A DNA stretch of 62,730 nucleotides, the filler included, from Nemertoderma westbladi (lineage: Eukaryota; Animalia; Xenacoelomorpha), in the NCBI GenBank assembly GCA_032718475.1. It is 3 parts of 3 records of this genome, joined end to end, with 100 filler letters (N's around TTAATTAATTAA, not from the genome) between each part and the next. Parts side by side here need not be neighbours in the genome. Positions count along the whole stretch, not along the records: positions 1 to 28,145 come from JAUCBJ010005382.1; positions 28,246 to 48,686 come from JAUCBJ010003837.1; 1 more part is not named here. The stretch is one strand, 5' to 3'. Shown here one piece after another: positions 26,610 through 39,822 of this stretch. Position numbers and translations under genes: made by a program. The number at the start of each line of letters is the position of its first letter. Position 1 is the stretch's first letter. A model generated the notes under the pieces. The model did not search any database and had not been told where the DNA came from. It worked only from the letters and a program-made list of their open reading frames with translations.

Positions 26610-27407
26610 GCAATCAAGACGTACTATATACTATATACAAAGCCATGCCATCGAGTTAACTGGGGGCGGTGACTGGGGGCAAGATTTTCTTACAGCAATT
26701 TGATATTTACTATGGGGAGATTGCCTTCTGTTATTAGAATTTATGACTAATTTGCTGCAATTTGGTCAATGTACTGTAATTGAAGCATCCTCGTATTAGT
26801 AAGGTATTACAAGTTTATGGTAGCTTGTTAGTTTTCGATAGGTTTATGCGAGTAATTTCGACACTGGTTCCGACATCCTCACTTCCCTCTATAAATAGTT
26901 TGTAGTCGCTAGTTCTGTTTTACTATTTGTATAGAAAATGTTCCAAGGACACTTTTAGCTAGACTTACAGTCTAAAAGTCAATAAGCCAATGCTCTCGAA
27001 CATCAGCAATATTTGTAATCATTGAACATAATCGTTGTTTATTCATAAGTTATTAGTTTCTACTAGCTTTTACTAATAATATTATTTAATATGGGGAAGT
27101 AGGATGTCGGACCACGTGATACCGAAATGACTAACGAAACTCTTACCGTATGAGAGTGCACTGGACAGGTGAGCGTACTCAGTGTTGAAAATTTAAATGA
27201 AAATTTTCAGTTTGACTTTTAACGAGGATGCTTCAATTACGTACCATTGACCTAATTGCAGTCATACCATGAAGCGAATTTTATTCAGAACTCTCCCATA
27301 TTAACAGATAGCAAATCTCTGTTGTAAAGCTTAATTAAATCTTGCCCCCAGTCACTTCCCCCAGTCAACTCGATGGCATGGCCTTGTATATAGTACGCCT
27401 TGATTGC
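26610..27407. mobile_element. ~800-bp foldback/MITE with long imperfect inverted arms
   Basis: gccatgccatcgagttaactggggg...gtgactgggggcaagattt pairs with aaatcttgcccccagtcac...cccccagtcaactcgatggcatggc. Inner pairs: aattgaagcatcctcgt/acgaggatgcttcaatt and tccgacatcct/aggatgtcgga. Confidence 0.8.
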
Positions 27408-27544
27408 AGTACAGCAGTATTGTGATGTGATACAGGGATACGCGTAGGCCTCCGCGGCTATGCGTAGCTACGCGTCGTTCGACATGACGTTTATTCTCAT
27501 ATACGATATCACCAGTTTCAGAGTTTTAACAATAACTACGAGTA

Positions 27545-28145
27545 AGTGCTACGCGTAGGAACGCGTAGGTGCTACTCATAACTACGCGTAGGTGCTACGC
27601 GTAGGTACGCGTAGGTGCTACTCATAACTACGCGTAGGTGCTACTGATAACTACGTGTAGGTGCTACTCATAACTACGTGTAGATGCTACTCATAACTAC
27701 GTGTAGGTGCTACGCGTAGGTACGCGTAGGTGCTACTCATAACTACGTGTAGGTGCTACGCGTAGGTGCTACTCATAACTACGCGCAGGTGCTACGCGTA
27801 GGTACGCTTAGGTGCTACTCATAACTACGTGTAGGTGCTACGCGTAGGTACGCGTAGGTGCTACTCATAACTACGCGTAGGTGCTACGCGTTACGCGTAG
27901 GTACGCGTAGGTGCTACTCATAACTACGCGTAGGTGCTACTGATAACTACGTGTAGGTGCTACTCATAACTACGTGTAGATGCTACTCATAACTACGTGT
28001 AGGTGCTACGCGTAGGTACGCGTAGGTGCTACTCATAACTACGTGTAGGTGCTACGCGTAGGTGCTACTCATAACTACGCGCAGGTGCTACGCGTAGGTA
28101 CGCTTAGGTGCTACTCATAACTACGTGTAGGTGCTACGCGTAGGT
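27545..28145. repeat. Composite minisatellite built from ctacgcgtaggtg and ctactcataa modules, truncated by the gap
   Basis: Direct periodicity, rich in the palindrome tacgcgta. Confidence 0.9.
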
Positions 28146-28245
28146 NNNNNNNNNNNNNNNNNNNNNNNNNNNNNNNNNNNNNNNNNNNNTTAATTAATTA
28201 ANNNNNNNNNNNNNNNNNNNNNNNNNNNNNNNNNNNNNNNNNNNN
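28146..28245. other. Artificial contig-join spacer (44 N + TTAATTAATTAA + 44 N)
   Basis: Exactly 100 bp. The central 12-mer gives stop codons in all six frames, and the spacer at 48687 is identical. Confidence 0.95.
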
Positions 28246-30030
28246 CAATCATCCCAGGAATGGAGATCGATCAACTTGCTTGCTGGTCGAAAAAGCCAAC
28301 CAACCACCAAGGTTAAGGCTGAATCACCAGCCGATCGCCTCAATGGTTGGAAGGCCCACTTTGAAAAGCTTCTTAATAATAACAGGGTATTGCCTGATAA
28401 CTTTATAGAAGTAAAAGTGTCTGAGTCTGTACTCCCAGATATTCGCATTGGTGATATCTCCTTTGCAGAAGTGAAGGCTGCTGCAAAGAGCATTAAGACC
28501 AATCGTGCCAGTGGAGTAGATGGTGTTCCCCCTGAGGTCTTTAAAATACCTGAGTGTTTAAAGCTCATCTATCCCATCATAGTAGACATGTACCGAAAAA
28601 CAAGAGTCCCACAAGAAATGAAAACAAATAAGTTGGTGCCAGTTCCCAAGAAGGGCAACCTAACACTCTATGGTTCTTTTCGAGGAATATCATTGATCTC
28701 GATTGCTGCAAAGCTATACAATAGAATTCTATTAAATCGCATCAGGGATCCCATTGAGAGACTGCTCCGTGGAAATCAGAATGGGTTCCGTAAAGGTCGT
28801 GGGACCATGGAGCCCATTTTGGCACTTAGAAGGATAATTGAAGAGTTATCAAAAAAGAAAGACAGGCATCTGGCTGTTATCTTTGTTGACTTCTTCAAGG
28901 CCTTCGCTCACGTATGTTCAGCATACTTTCATTCTATGGGATTCTTGATGAAATTATTGCAGCAATCAGATCAGTATACGATGGTTCGACAACATTTGTG
29001 TCTACTGTTGACGGTGACACAGAACCATTTGAAGTGTTATGGGGCGTCCTCCAGGGAGACACACTTGCACCATTCTTGTTCATAATTGTTGTTGACTATG
29101 TTCTACGCATGTCCTTAGATCATCATAATAATGATGGGGTGATGATAACTACACCTACTGGCTCCAGAAGTCGAGGAAATCCTGCCAAGTACCTAACTGA
29201 TCTAGACTTTGCTGATGACGTAGGAGTACTCTCAGAATCACTAGAGGGAGCCCAACGGCTCCTCAGCTCATTAGAACATGCTGCTTCTAGTGTTGGTCTT
29301 TTTATTAACTCAAGAAAGACCAAAATTTTGACAGTTAACTTTGAAAGTCCTCAGCAAGTCTCTGATCGGATGAGCATAAGCTCAAAAGATGTATGCTTGA
29401 GCATGTGGATGACTTCTGTTACCTGGGATCATGGATCCGGATGTCAGGTGAGGACATTCGAATACGTAAGAGAAAGGCATGGGCAGCCTTGAATAGGCTT
29501 TCCAGGATTTGAAAGTCACCGAGAATTAATCGGACACTTAAGGTCCGATTATTTAGAGCAGCTGTAGTTCCAGTACTCCTCTATGGGAGTCCATGCTGGG
29601 CTCTAACTGCTGAGGACACCAAATCTCTGGATGGCACATTCACAAGAATGCTACGCCGGGTTCATTGTGTCAAGTACAATGCACACATCTCCAACCAGAC
29701 ACTATATAACATTGGAGGTGTCTCATTGGTTCCCCCAAGCTTGAGACTAGAACAAAGTCGCCTCCGCTTTTCAGGACATTGCTTTCGCCGTGAGGACCAG
29801 CCAGTGCATAATCTTGTACTTTGGCAGCCTCATGGAGTGAATAAGCATGGTGGACAGCCCATGACTTTCTTGAGACGCATCTTAAAGGACACTGGCCTTG
29901 AAGATGCGGATGATCTAGCAAATGTCATGGGTGATAGGGAGTTGTGGCGGTGCAATTTTGTCGATAAGCCGGCACAGCATTCTTAAAAATGCAGCTGCAA
30001 TGCAGCATGCCGATCCTAGTAGTAGTAGTA
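28246..30030 (+). mobile_element. Decayed RTE-like LINE: reverse transcriptase and C-terminal region
   Basis: RT motifs FRGISLISIAAKLYNRIL, QNGFRKGRG, FVDFFKAF, GVLQGDTLAPFLF, DLDFADD and KTKIL, with frameshifts and stops. It ends near a short (TAG)n tail at ~30017-30030, and the 5' end is cut by the gap. Confidence 0.88.
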
Positions 30031-31466
30031 CTATGTACAGTATTTCCAGCATGTCACCACGTCATTATTTAGTTGTTATAGAAAGTTTTAAGTACATAAC
30101 TACAAATAATAAAATTAAATTCTCAATTGTTCATAATTAGCACTTTAATGTTTTACTGCCCATGTTTTATTATTTCCCGGCCATCAGCAGCCGGTTCCAC
30201 CAACTCTGACTAACTGCTTAGTGCCACTAACCTGAACCACCCTTATGACTTAGCCTGTTCCACCAAGCTCACTAACACGTTAGTGCGATTTGCTTAGGGA
30301 CCTCTAGATATCCCTAAAAGCTACACTAACTGCTGAATTTACTTTTGTTGGTCGGATATTATTACTTGCGATTGATTACAAATATATTTCATTTGTTTTG
30401 ATTGAACCCTATCATACTGTACTGTATGTATTGGTCACCACTTTACATACATTATTTCCACTTATCATGAATACATTTTACTTTATACACTTTACTACAT
30501 TGTTTTTTTTTTATTTTCGAAGGTGTCAATTTTAATTAAATGAAAATTTGTTATTATTTATTTATTATTTATTATTTAATTATTATTTATATTTATTTAC
30601 AATTTACTTACTATTTATTCTATATATTATATTTCTCGTTAGTAGTAATTGTTATTTCGTTCCCATATTGACACAAAAAAATAACAAAGGAAATCCATTT
30701 ATGATTAGGTATAATTATTTTCAAAACTATCTTGCATCGCCCAACAATTATCCTCTCATTCTGCAACTAATCCCGATTGAGGAAGAGAATATATCTCTTA
30801 AAATTTCCATACATTCCCACATATGTTTCCCATCCTTGCGGCCCCCACAAATGACGCTGAGCTCGTCCTGTTGTAGATGTTATAAGCAATAACATTGTTG
30901 AAAATAAGTATATTGTGTATTGTGTATATTGTACAGTACTTATAATAATAAGTATATTGTGTATATTGTACTTATAATAATAAGTATATTGTGTATATAT
31001 TGTATTGTGTAATTTTACTACCTATTCTCTACCGCTACTATACTATAATATACTATACTACCGCTACTATCTATTACTATCTAAGTCTGCTACTAAACAC
31101 GTTAACCTGTAAACAAACACCCACTACTCTATTACAAGTATATTATTAACTGCTAACGGGTGATTGTGTCTGTTTTTATTTTATTTTATTACCTTTTGAA
31201 TGATTCTTTCTATATGGAATTACGAGGTGCGGGGGGGGGGGGGGGGATTTGCAATGTGGTTTATTTTACACTTGCATTGGTGATTGTGTGTGACATCAGG
31301 ACATCATTATTATTACCTGTACATTATGTTTTATGACTGTACAGCTAGCTGTATGACTGTATGATGCAGATTGTTCAATTTGTTGAATTATCGGTCAGCC
31401 GGTATCTATTGATTAAACTGTATTACGGTACCAATCAGTTAATATAAATACCACTGTACCGGTACC

Positions 31467-32348
31467 ATGGCTGAAGAATTTCTCCGTCTTCAAAATGAAG
31501 CAATTCGATTGATCCGATCGCTCAAACGAATAACTAAGGAAGATGAAACGCAACTGACAGACCACCTAATCAAGATGGCTTCTATGTTTACCGTGGTCCT
31601 CGATAAACTGGGAACGGCACGGGAGGAATCCATAGCGTCCAAGAACGAGTTGCTGAGACACACGAGAGGAGACAATCTCTCCCAAGGAGTTCCACATCTT
31701 CGGAGTCCTGCTGGCGACGAATCCCGTCGGCCAGCGGGATCCAATTGTCTGCCTAACTTCTCCGGTACCGTCGGTGGTATACATCCACAACGACTACATT
31801 TAGTCGGACATGGTTCTGCAAACCGGTCACCTACAGACTCCAAGGGTAAGAATTCTGGGGATCGCAGAGGCCAGACTAAACGTAGGCCTACCAAATTCGA
31901 GTCAGACAGAAAAGAACACCGGAATAAAGCAAAAAACAAAAGATACGAAAAGCGGGAAGAATTTAATAACCCTAAAGCTAATTCAACTATGTTGTCTGAG
32001 AAACGACGGGAATTGGACGACCGTATAGAACTCCGATTACTCGAAGAGGCGAAATCACAACCGTCTTTGTGGTCTACGGAACGCCAGGAACGTTCTACTT
32101 CTACTTCCTTAAGTTCCCTCATTTTAGAAACAGTGCATAATAACTCTAGAGCTGTAAGCGGCCCGGACTCTAAGCAACAGGCGGGTCGCGGCAGATTCAA
32201 CTTCAACTTTAACCTAAATAACAGCAATATAGTGCCGGATGATCAGGATATTACTGATACGGGTCGCAACAATTCTCGGATTCTGTCACAAACGGCTCCT
32301 GTTGAAAGGAAACGACGTCTGGTTCTTCCGCCCCCATCCGCCAACTAA
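31467..32348 (+). CDS. Orphan 293-aa ORF (helical N-terminus, charged/disordered remainder); possibly a TE ORF1/gag-like gene
   Basis: Intact ATG-to-stop ORF with good initiation context (accATGG), GC-richer than its flanks, with no recognised domain. Confidence 0.4.
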   Translation: MAEEFLRLQNEAIRLIRSLKRITKEDETQLTDHLIKMASMFTVVLDKLGTAREESIASKNELLRHTRGDNLSQGVPHLRSPAGDESRRPAGSNCLPNFSGTVGGIHPQRLHLVGHGSANRSPTDSKGKNSGDRRGQTKRRPTKFESDRKEHRNKAKNKRYEKREEFNNPKANSTMLSEKRRELDDRIELRLLEEAKSQPSLWSTERQERSTSTSLSSLILETVHNNSRAVSGPDSKQQAGRGRFNFNFNLNNSNIVPDDQDITDTGRNNSRILSQTAPVERKRRLVLPPPSAN

Positions 32349-33956
32349 TCGCCCGTCCAGCTTTATTATTACCTAATTTACAATTAGGTTGCAGGTAATG
32401 TAATGAAGCCTGGCTAGTACTTTAATATATTTGTTTATATTGTTGGATGGAAAATACAAGATTTGGTCACCATTTCTTGCTTTGCAAATGATGCCAGAGT
32501 ACTCAGTGCAGCAACTGAGCGAGAACTATTTATCGTCATTGACTGGAGACGAAAGTGCATTATATTGTTGTTTCTCTTCGCACTCGTGCAGTAGTGTACG
32601 ATGCCTACTCAGTCATAACTGTTGGAATATAACGACTCCTCTAAGTAATGGGTTTGCCTGCGCAAAACTAATAAGGAATATCTTTGGTAAAACTCTATAA
32701 ATGGTGTTTAAAATGACTAGTTTACACGATTACTGTGTACTACGATTACATCATTATAATATCCGAGTTTAGTGAGGATTGTAATTGAATCTGTTCGATT
32801 CTGTTCGATCGAATTCGATTATTAGATACTAGATATTACGCATGTTGGTGGAGTTACGAGTACTTGAGTTATACTATTAGACAGTTGGTGTTACTCGTGT
32901 AACGTGGGTTCAGGTTGCCCGGGGTGACTTGATTCTGCGACGACCCCCCCCCCCCCCCCCCAGGGTACAACAAATTGCTATTAAAAAATACTTTTTAAAT
33001 GGGAATGGGACACTGAATGAGAGGTACGAATTAATAATTTTTAGGTATGAAATTGTGTATAAATATGATTGTTGGTGTTTATGAGACTTTGTAAAATAAT
33101 TAAATATATTGTATATAAGTAGGTTTTATCTGGGATTGTATTTGGTTGATTTTGAGGCAGCAAATCGCACGCAGTCAAATGAAAAAACTGTTTTCAGAAA
33201 TGAAATCAACGACCCGGAAAACCCTTGCAACAAAATGTTCAGCTGGGTTGTGTGCATTTTAATATTTGAATGAATTAAATCTCCCTTTACTGTAAATGCG
33301 TTTTCTGAAGATTGCAAATTTTTAATTTCAAAATGCAAAGACTTTTCCAAAATGAACGAATTCGCGTAAAATGCGTTAACACCTCCTATTACCATTTTTT
33401 CATTTTGTTTGTGGTTGCTGAAATATAGGCCATAAAGTGTCAAATTTAGTTAAAATTGACAAAAATGTGTAAAAATGTGGCAAAATACAGTTTTTTCAAA
33501 TAATTTTTGAACATGGGCGTTTATCAAAATTCTGGTACTAGAATTCAGAATGCCATTGTGCACAAATGATGAAATTTTGGGCACTTCATGGCCATCGCTC
33601 TTAAGCCTTTGCATTTGAAAAAATAATTAGTAGCCTACATATTATGTTAATTAGGTAAAAAATTTTAATTTTCGAAAAATTTTCTTATTCACTTATTGTT
33701 AGTATAAAAGTGGCAAAACATCAATTAATTTGGATAAAACCCCATCTTCTAGATAAGGGGATGACATTTTTTTGTTAATTAGTGACCCCCCCCTAAGCTC
33801 CACATTATGCGCCATTATTCGAAAATTTGTCGCTCTTGAACCAATTGATCGTAATCATCAATGAAGAAAGAAGCTAAACCAAAGCGCCACATCGTATTTC
33901 TGTATAGCGAAAGTACTGTATACGTACTGTACATTAAAATTACTTCCTGTAGTCCT

Positions 33957-34554
33957 ACTTCTGGGGAAATATAGGCCTACTTCTGGGGAAATATAGGCCT
34001 ACTTCTGGGGAAATAAACCGTTCTGGGGAAATATAGGCCTACTTCTGGGGAAATAAACCGTTCTGGGGAAATAAACCGTTCTGGGGAAATATAGGCCTAC
34101 TTCTGGGGAAATAAACCGTTCTGGGGAAATATAGGCCTACTTCTGGGGAAATAAACCGTTCTGGGGAAATAAACCGTTCTGGGGAAATATAGGCCTACTT
34201 CTGGGGAAATAAACCGTTCTGGGGAAATATAGGCCTACTTCTGGGGAAATAAACCGTTCTGGGGAAATATAGGCCTACTTCTGGGGAAATAAACCGTTCT
34301 GGGGAAATATAGGCCTACTTCTGGGGAAATAAGCCGTTCTGGGGAAATAAACCGTTCTGGGGAAATAAACCGTTCTGGGGAAATATAGGCCTACTTCTGG
34401 GGAAATAAACCGTTCTGGGGAAATATAGGCCTACTTCTGGGGAAATAAACCGTTTTGGGGAAATATAGGCCTACTTCTGGGGAAATAAACCGTTCTGGGG
34501 AAATATAGGCCTACTTCTGGGGAAATAAACCGTTCTGGGGAAATATAGGCCTAC
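33957..34554. repeat. Two-module minisatellite: ttctggggaaatataggcctac (22 bp) and ttctggggaaataaaccg (18 bp), mostly alternating
   Basis: Direct periodicity. Confidence 0.95.
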
Positions 34555-34954
34555 CGTTATTCGTTCTACTAAATTATTTTATTTTCAGCTTTTCAAAAAC
34601 CTAAAACATCCTTTTATTACTGAATGTGTTTTGATGCTATGCAATCGGCAGCGGTATTCTCACCAGACAGGCGTGGCGCACGATACAAATTGTATCCAAT
34701 AAACTTACCTTAATGTTTAATGTAATTTCATTGGTTCATAATTGTCCACTAACTGGCTCATATGGAAAGGGAATCGACAAGAAACACATTTTGATTGAAA
34801 CTAATTGGGCCCCTTCCGCATGTCGTAAATTGAAGTCAATAGAACTTAAATACATCAGATTTACGTCAAAATAATATTTATTTAAATATATTCATATTAT
34901 TCTTTTTTCTAACGGCTAACAACTAAACTATTCATTCGTTGATAATAATTAAGT

Positions 34955-36264
34955 ATGAAGTTAATGCTATTATCATTTGTTGTCTGTGTGTACGTTGTAA
35001 CTAAGCCAACATCCACCAACCCTGTTCTAAAGTTAGGTTTACTAACGCAAAATACGTTCAGACCCGGATTATTTGGAGTTGGAAAATTTAGTGCGGGCGG
35101 GTTTCTATTGGCTGTCGATAGAATACGTAATGACCCACTGCTGTTAAAGGATGTAAGTAATTTTACATTAAATTTTACTTATATTAGTTATCCGGGTAGT
35201 TCACTTTTGAAACCTTCAAATTGAAACTAAATTGATTTTAAACTTTAAAACTGAAACTAATTGTTTTTAAAACGTTTCAGCTGAAACTAAATTGTTTTTG
35301 AAACGTTTAATGGAGAACAAATACCTCATTCTAGGTAGACGTTGAATGGGTATGGGTCGACGATGGGCCTTACGAGGCGGACAGTATCAATGGGTTCCTG
35401 AGTCTATGGAACTATTCCGCGGACGCTATATTTGGCCCTGACGACGGCCAGTCATGTGTAACCACTGCCAGGATGGCGTCGGCCAGTAACATATTTATGG
35501 CGTCATATGTAAGTAATTAATGGCCAACTATTGTTACGCTTTTTAAAATCTACGTGAACAATTACGGTACGTTTATAAATTCTGTAAACGAATAAAAAAC
35601 AGAAATAAAATGTGATGGAATGCAGCATAGCAGTAAGATCACACATTAGGCTCACTTTAAAGTGATAATGTATTACTTTGCTACGATAAACTAGCTTATG
35701 CAGCAGGCTAGTTATTGAATTTTGGAATAACATCAGTATTTTGCATATTAATTTCGAAAAATCTCCTTAAAAATCTCCGAAAAAGCTCTGTACTTGATGT
35801 TCTGCGCTGCATTATGTACGGTTGTATTATTGGTCTACGAAAAACAATTATACTGTAAATCCGTTGCCTTCTTTGCATTTATAAGGCGTGTGTTGACACG
35901 GCGGTATCAGACAAAGATATCTACTCATCGTTTATAAATAGACGGCCAACATCGACTACCTTCCTTGTCGCTCTCAGCCAATACCTCAAAGATAACAACT
36001 GGTCCAACATCACCTACATTGATATGGCAATCGAGTCCAATGTTGTGAGCGATAGGTCAACCACTTTTGGTAAGATCCTACTGGAACATTTATTAACATT
36101 AATTAACGTATTTAAAAATTACGTTGTATCGGGAAATGACGTTGATAACGTTTACTCTTACCAATTCGCACGCGTGAATTTCCCAGAAGCATTCAATCAA
36201 TATGTTAATTACGTAGTTGCGAATCTAGCAACCATTATTGATGAAACTTATCTACACACCAGAA
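34955..36264 (+). CDS. 5' exons of an ANF-receptor (periplasmic-binding fold) protein, receptor guanylyl cyclase / natriuretic peptide receptor-like; partial
   Basis: Exons 34955-35152 (signal peptide, LKLGLL...LLAVDRIRNDP.LL), 35335-35508 (DAIFGPDDGQSCVTTARMASASNIFMASY) and 35886-~36264 (ACVDTAVSDKDIYSSF...NNWSNITYI...HTR) join in frame with GT-AG boundaries. Downstream exons were not identified. Confidence 0.75.
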
Positions 36265-37641
36265 GTAAGTATCATTCTACCGTAATTCTACCTCATTCGC
36301 CCTAATTAACTTAATGCTAGTAGGCCTTCAGTACTGTACCTACATTACCCATAATTCTACCTCATATATACAAACTTACTGTTACCCGCACTGTGTTATC
36401 TCAAAATCCCACCTTTTTCTCAACTAAATTCATGTTTTTACATTAGGATCCTTCCATGGCCACCTTTCCAGCATTACCATCTACCAACAAATTACTATAA
36501 CGTTGTAGAATAACTGCAGTGCAACAGTTGAAATATCGCAGACCCACTTTTTTGCACGCTTGTATAGCTAAATTAGTAAAGCAAAAGTAATAATTCTGAC
36601 TTACCCAGTAAGGAAGAGGGAGGTGAAACTACTGTATCTCTGTTTCAAATTCCATGTAATCGAGTTCTGTAGTTTATATAAACAGTAGTTAATAGTTAGT
36701 AGTTAAGTTAACAATATTTTATTAGAAACACATTTAAATAGTGAGAAATGTTTAAAATTGGATACAACTTTTTTTTAGGATCATGGTGTATACTACTTCT
36801 AGGTCGGGTGAGCTCGGACAGTATAAATAAGATCATTTCAGGCTTCCCGATTCTCCATCGTTTCTCTCAAGTCCAGTATCCATTTCAAGTTGGTCTATAT
36901 GTCATGGACAGTCCATCCACGGAACGCCTACCTGTTTGTTAGCAAGGGACGGGGGGGGGGGGGGGTCCAATTTCGGCGAATTAATTTTATCCAAAACAAT
37001 AAACTAAATTCAATAGAACAAATTACCGTTTTATTTTAGGGTGTAAACAGCTGTTATTTGCGTCAATTTTCTCCTGGAGTGAGTGGGATACGTTTTGATT
37101 GTGACCAGAGTCCTCCCCTATCTGGCTAGAAAATTAGATCTGGTATGAAATCGTTTTTGCTGTATTCACGTTGACAAAGCTGATACATTTGGTAGTGTAC
37201 CATGAAGGCGTCAACTGGAAATTACTTTGACATTGTGTTTCGGGATGTCATTTATCAGTCCAGTTAGATTTTCGTAAAACTTGACTGCTTGCTCTGGCTA
37301 TGATGCATTGGTTGGAAATATTATTGTTGTCTTGGGATTCCCATCAAATATTGCAATCATGACCCTGAATTTATAGATTCGATGTTGTTTAGGTTCTAAC
37401 TGCAAATGCCAAATGGACAAAATTTATTCTCCACCAATTGATTGTCATTCCTTTATATGGAGATAAACTTTTTGGTGATATGCTAACCTCGACCTGTATG
37501 GTCCTTGTTCTTTTAGGAATGGACCACGTGTCTTGGTTATTTAGGGTCTGATGGGAGAGCTAATGGAAAATATTTTCATCTATCTTTTGTGGACCAACTA
37601 TGGCTAGTGCGATCTACAGTAGTAACTTCTATTTGGTGACC

Positions 37642-37730
37642 GGACAATTATTGGGACCCGGACAATTGCCACCCATGCATGATCTTAGATATGTTGGGTC
37701 GCAATTGTCCGGGTGGCAAGTAAATTGTCC
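37642..37730. repeat. Small inverted-repeat relic (ggacaattgccaccc / gggtcgcaattgtcc)
   Basis: Imperfect inverted pair resembling the subterminal repeats of non-autonomous DNA elements. Confidence 0.45.
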
Positions 37731-38109
37731 TAACTTCCTTCTACGTCAGCAACAGATGTGTTCCTTAACTGCTTCCATAGTATTTTACACCTGTTTTAAC
37801 ATTGATTGTGTTGTTTGATAAGTTTAAGCCAGTATTTTATTATAGTTTTACTAAGATACCGGTTTTTCAATAACTATATGAATTGAATAACTTCATTGGA
37901 ATATGTAGGGTTGTACAAAAGTACAAAGTATTCATTCCTGACGTTGGCGGAATCTTCCGAGCAATTAAATATGAATCGGATGAAGACATGTTATAATGGT
38001 ACTCACAGGTTTACCTCATATAAACTTAACCCACCCACTACTTGTGTGTACTTAAATCATAGTGAGACCATTGGAAATTTGAAATGGAAAAATGCTCTAC
38101 TATCTTCCC

Positions 38110-39104
38110 AGGTAGGTCGCTTATATGTAGTATTTTTAGACTTCACCAAGGCCTTCGATTCGGTCGACAGGGTAAAATTCTGCTGAAAACTTTCCGGCCT
38201 TGGAGTGAGCTCAATTCTTATTCGTGTTCTATGGTTTCTCATTGCAGTTAACGCGATGTGAATCTGTATGGGTAGCCAGCCACCTATCCAGCCCCATTCA
38301 AAAGATGGTAGGGTTGATACATGGTGATAAATTATCACCACTTTTATTTATCCTGTTTATAGCAGACCTTTCCGTAAGCTATCTGTGCTTGCTATCTGTG
38401 GGTCTTCACTACAGATGGTACAGTCTGCCTTTGATGAGCTCGATGTTTATTATCGCTCAAACTATCTCAATGTGAACCAAAGCGTGAGTGAGTGAGTCAA
38501 AAACCAAAGCGATGAATTTCCGTCGGGGAGGAAGGCTAGCTCAGTCAGACATACTTTTATATAATGGCTGCCATCGGGGTGGTTTTATATCACATGGAGC
38601 GTCGGGTCACTACAACCATATCTACAACCGTCGGGTTGCTTCTTGTCTGCGCTTGGCTACGAAATTAGACCTTTCTGCAGTTTCACTCGACACAGCAAAC
38701 AAACTTTGGGCTCTGGCCGTGTTTATGTCGTAACAAACGGATGTGTTATATTTGAGGACTCACCCTCTAAGCCCAATAATCTTCTTAATTTAAAGCACGT
38801 CATTAAAAATCGTGGCCTTCTTTATAAACTCTAGAGCGACATCAGTAAGTTTAGCTCCACTTCTCGAATCTTGTCTGCAGTGGATATCCCCGATAGTGCT
38901 CCGCGCTCATTGGGTAAACTTTCTGGCAACCGCCGCCGAATAGCGGCACAATATATCTCGATCGCGTACCACCACAAGGTCTGTGCGAGTCAAAACTGTT
39001 GGAGACCTACCGATACCTGTTGTTGCCGGCTCTGTCTCGACCCTGATCTTATCGCCATTGATCATGCGGCCCATTGTAAGGCACTGAACGAACTCGTTAT
39101 CTAG
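38110..39104 (+). mobile_element. Heavily decayed LINE ORF2 3' part (RT motifs plus C-terminal Cys/His motif)
   Basis: YVVFLDFTKAFDSVDR, GLIHGDKLSPLLFILFIADL, KTKAMNFRRGGRL and CCCRLC...DHAAHC occur in colinear order with many disruptions. Confidence 0.8.
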
Positions 39105-39749
39105 TTGTAGACCCAATGGCGGCATCAATTTGGTAACTTGGTCTTGTAAAGTGCTGAAGCTCAAGCTGAATCTTTAGTTTTTTCTTTTTTTTGTAATATG
39201 TAGAAGCAGAAATCTGAATCAGAATTCAGAACAATATTGCGACAGATTTTACAATTAGACTTCAATATTATTTCCCTTATACCAACTCTACTTATCACGA
39301 TTAGAAAGGCCCAGAAGCATTCAGCTGCACTAAAAATCAAACAGCTGAATCAATTACAATGTTGTTACAATTATAATGAGAATTCTCGTAAAAATTGATA
39401 GCCATGGGTATTACTTACATAGTTCACCATCTGTTGTCTATGTGGCGATTTCATATATTAAACTAACACAGTAATTCACACAAGCCTGCTAATGATGTAT
39501 TTAATGTTGAAGAATAATATTCCTGTCAATGAACTGCAACCCACACTTATACAATGCAATATTATAATTCTGATACAGCTCGTTGTTTTATTCTTCAAAC
39601 AGCAGAAAATATACTACAAGCCATCACATTGATGTAAAGGTATAAATGTAAAAAGTACAGTCCATCCATGTTATAACACCTCTTAAAATGTCATCCATTT
39701 CATGTAAACATGTAGATTGCGGTATTGTATAGACCATCCAAGTTACCAC

Positions 39750-39822
39750 GCTCTGTTTCGACCCTGATCTTATTGCCATTGATCGTGCGGCTCATTGTAA
39801 GGCACTGAACGAACTCGTTATC
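39750..39822 (+). mobile_element. Second, 73-bp copy of the LINE ORF2 3' end, fused directly to the 43-bp satellite
   Basis: 69/73 identical to 39029-39101 by manual alignment. Confidence 0.85.

Noticed and set aside
28190-28201. TTAATTAATTAA as a biological motif (PacI/piggyBac site)
   Set aside because: Centred in a fixed 100-bp N spacer that occurs twice identically; an assembly linker.
32962-33838. Possible TIR element (cagggtacaacaaatt / aatttgtcgctcttg)
   Set aside because: The inverted match is too short and mismatched, and no TSD was found.
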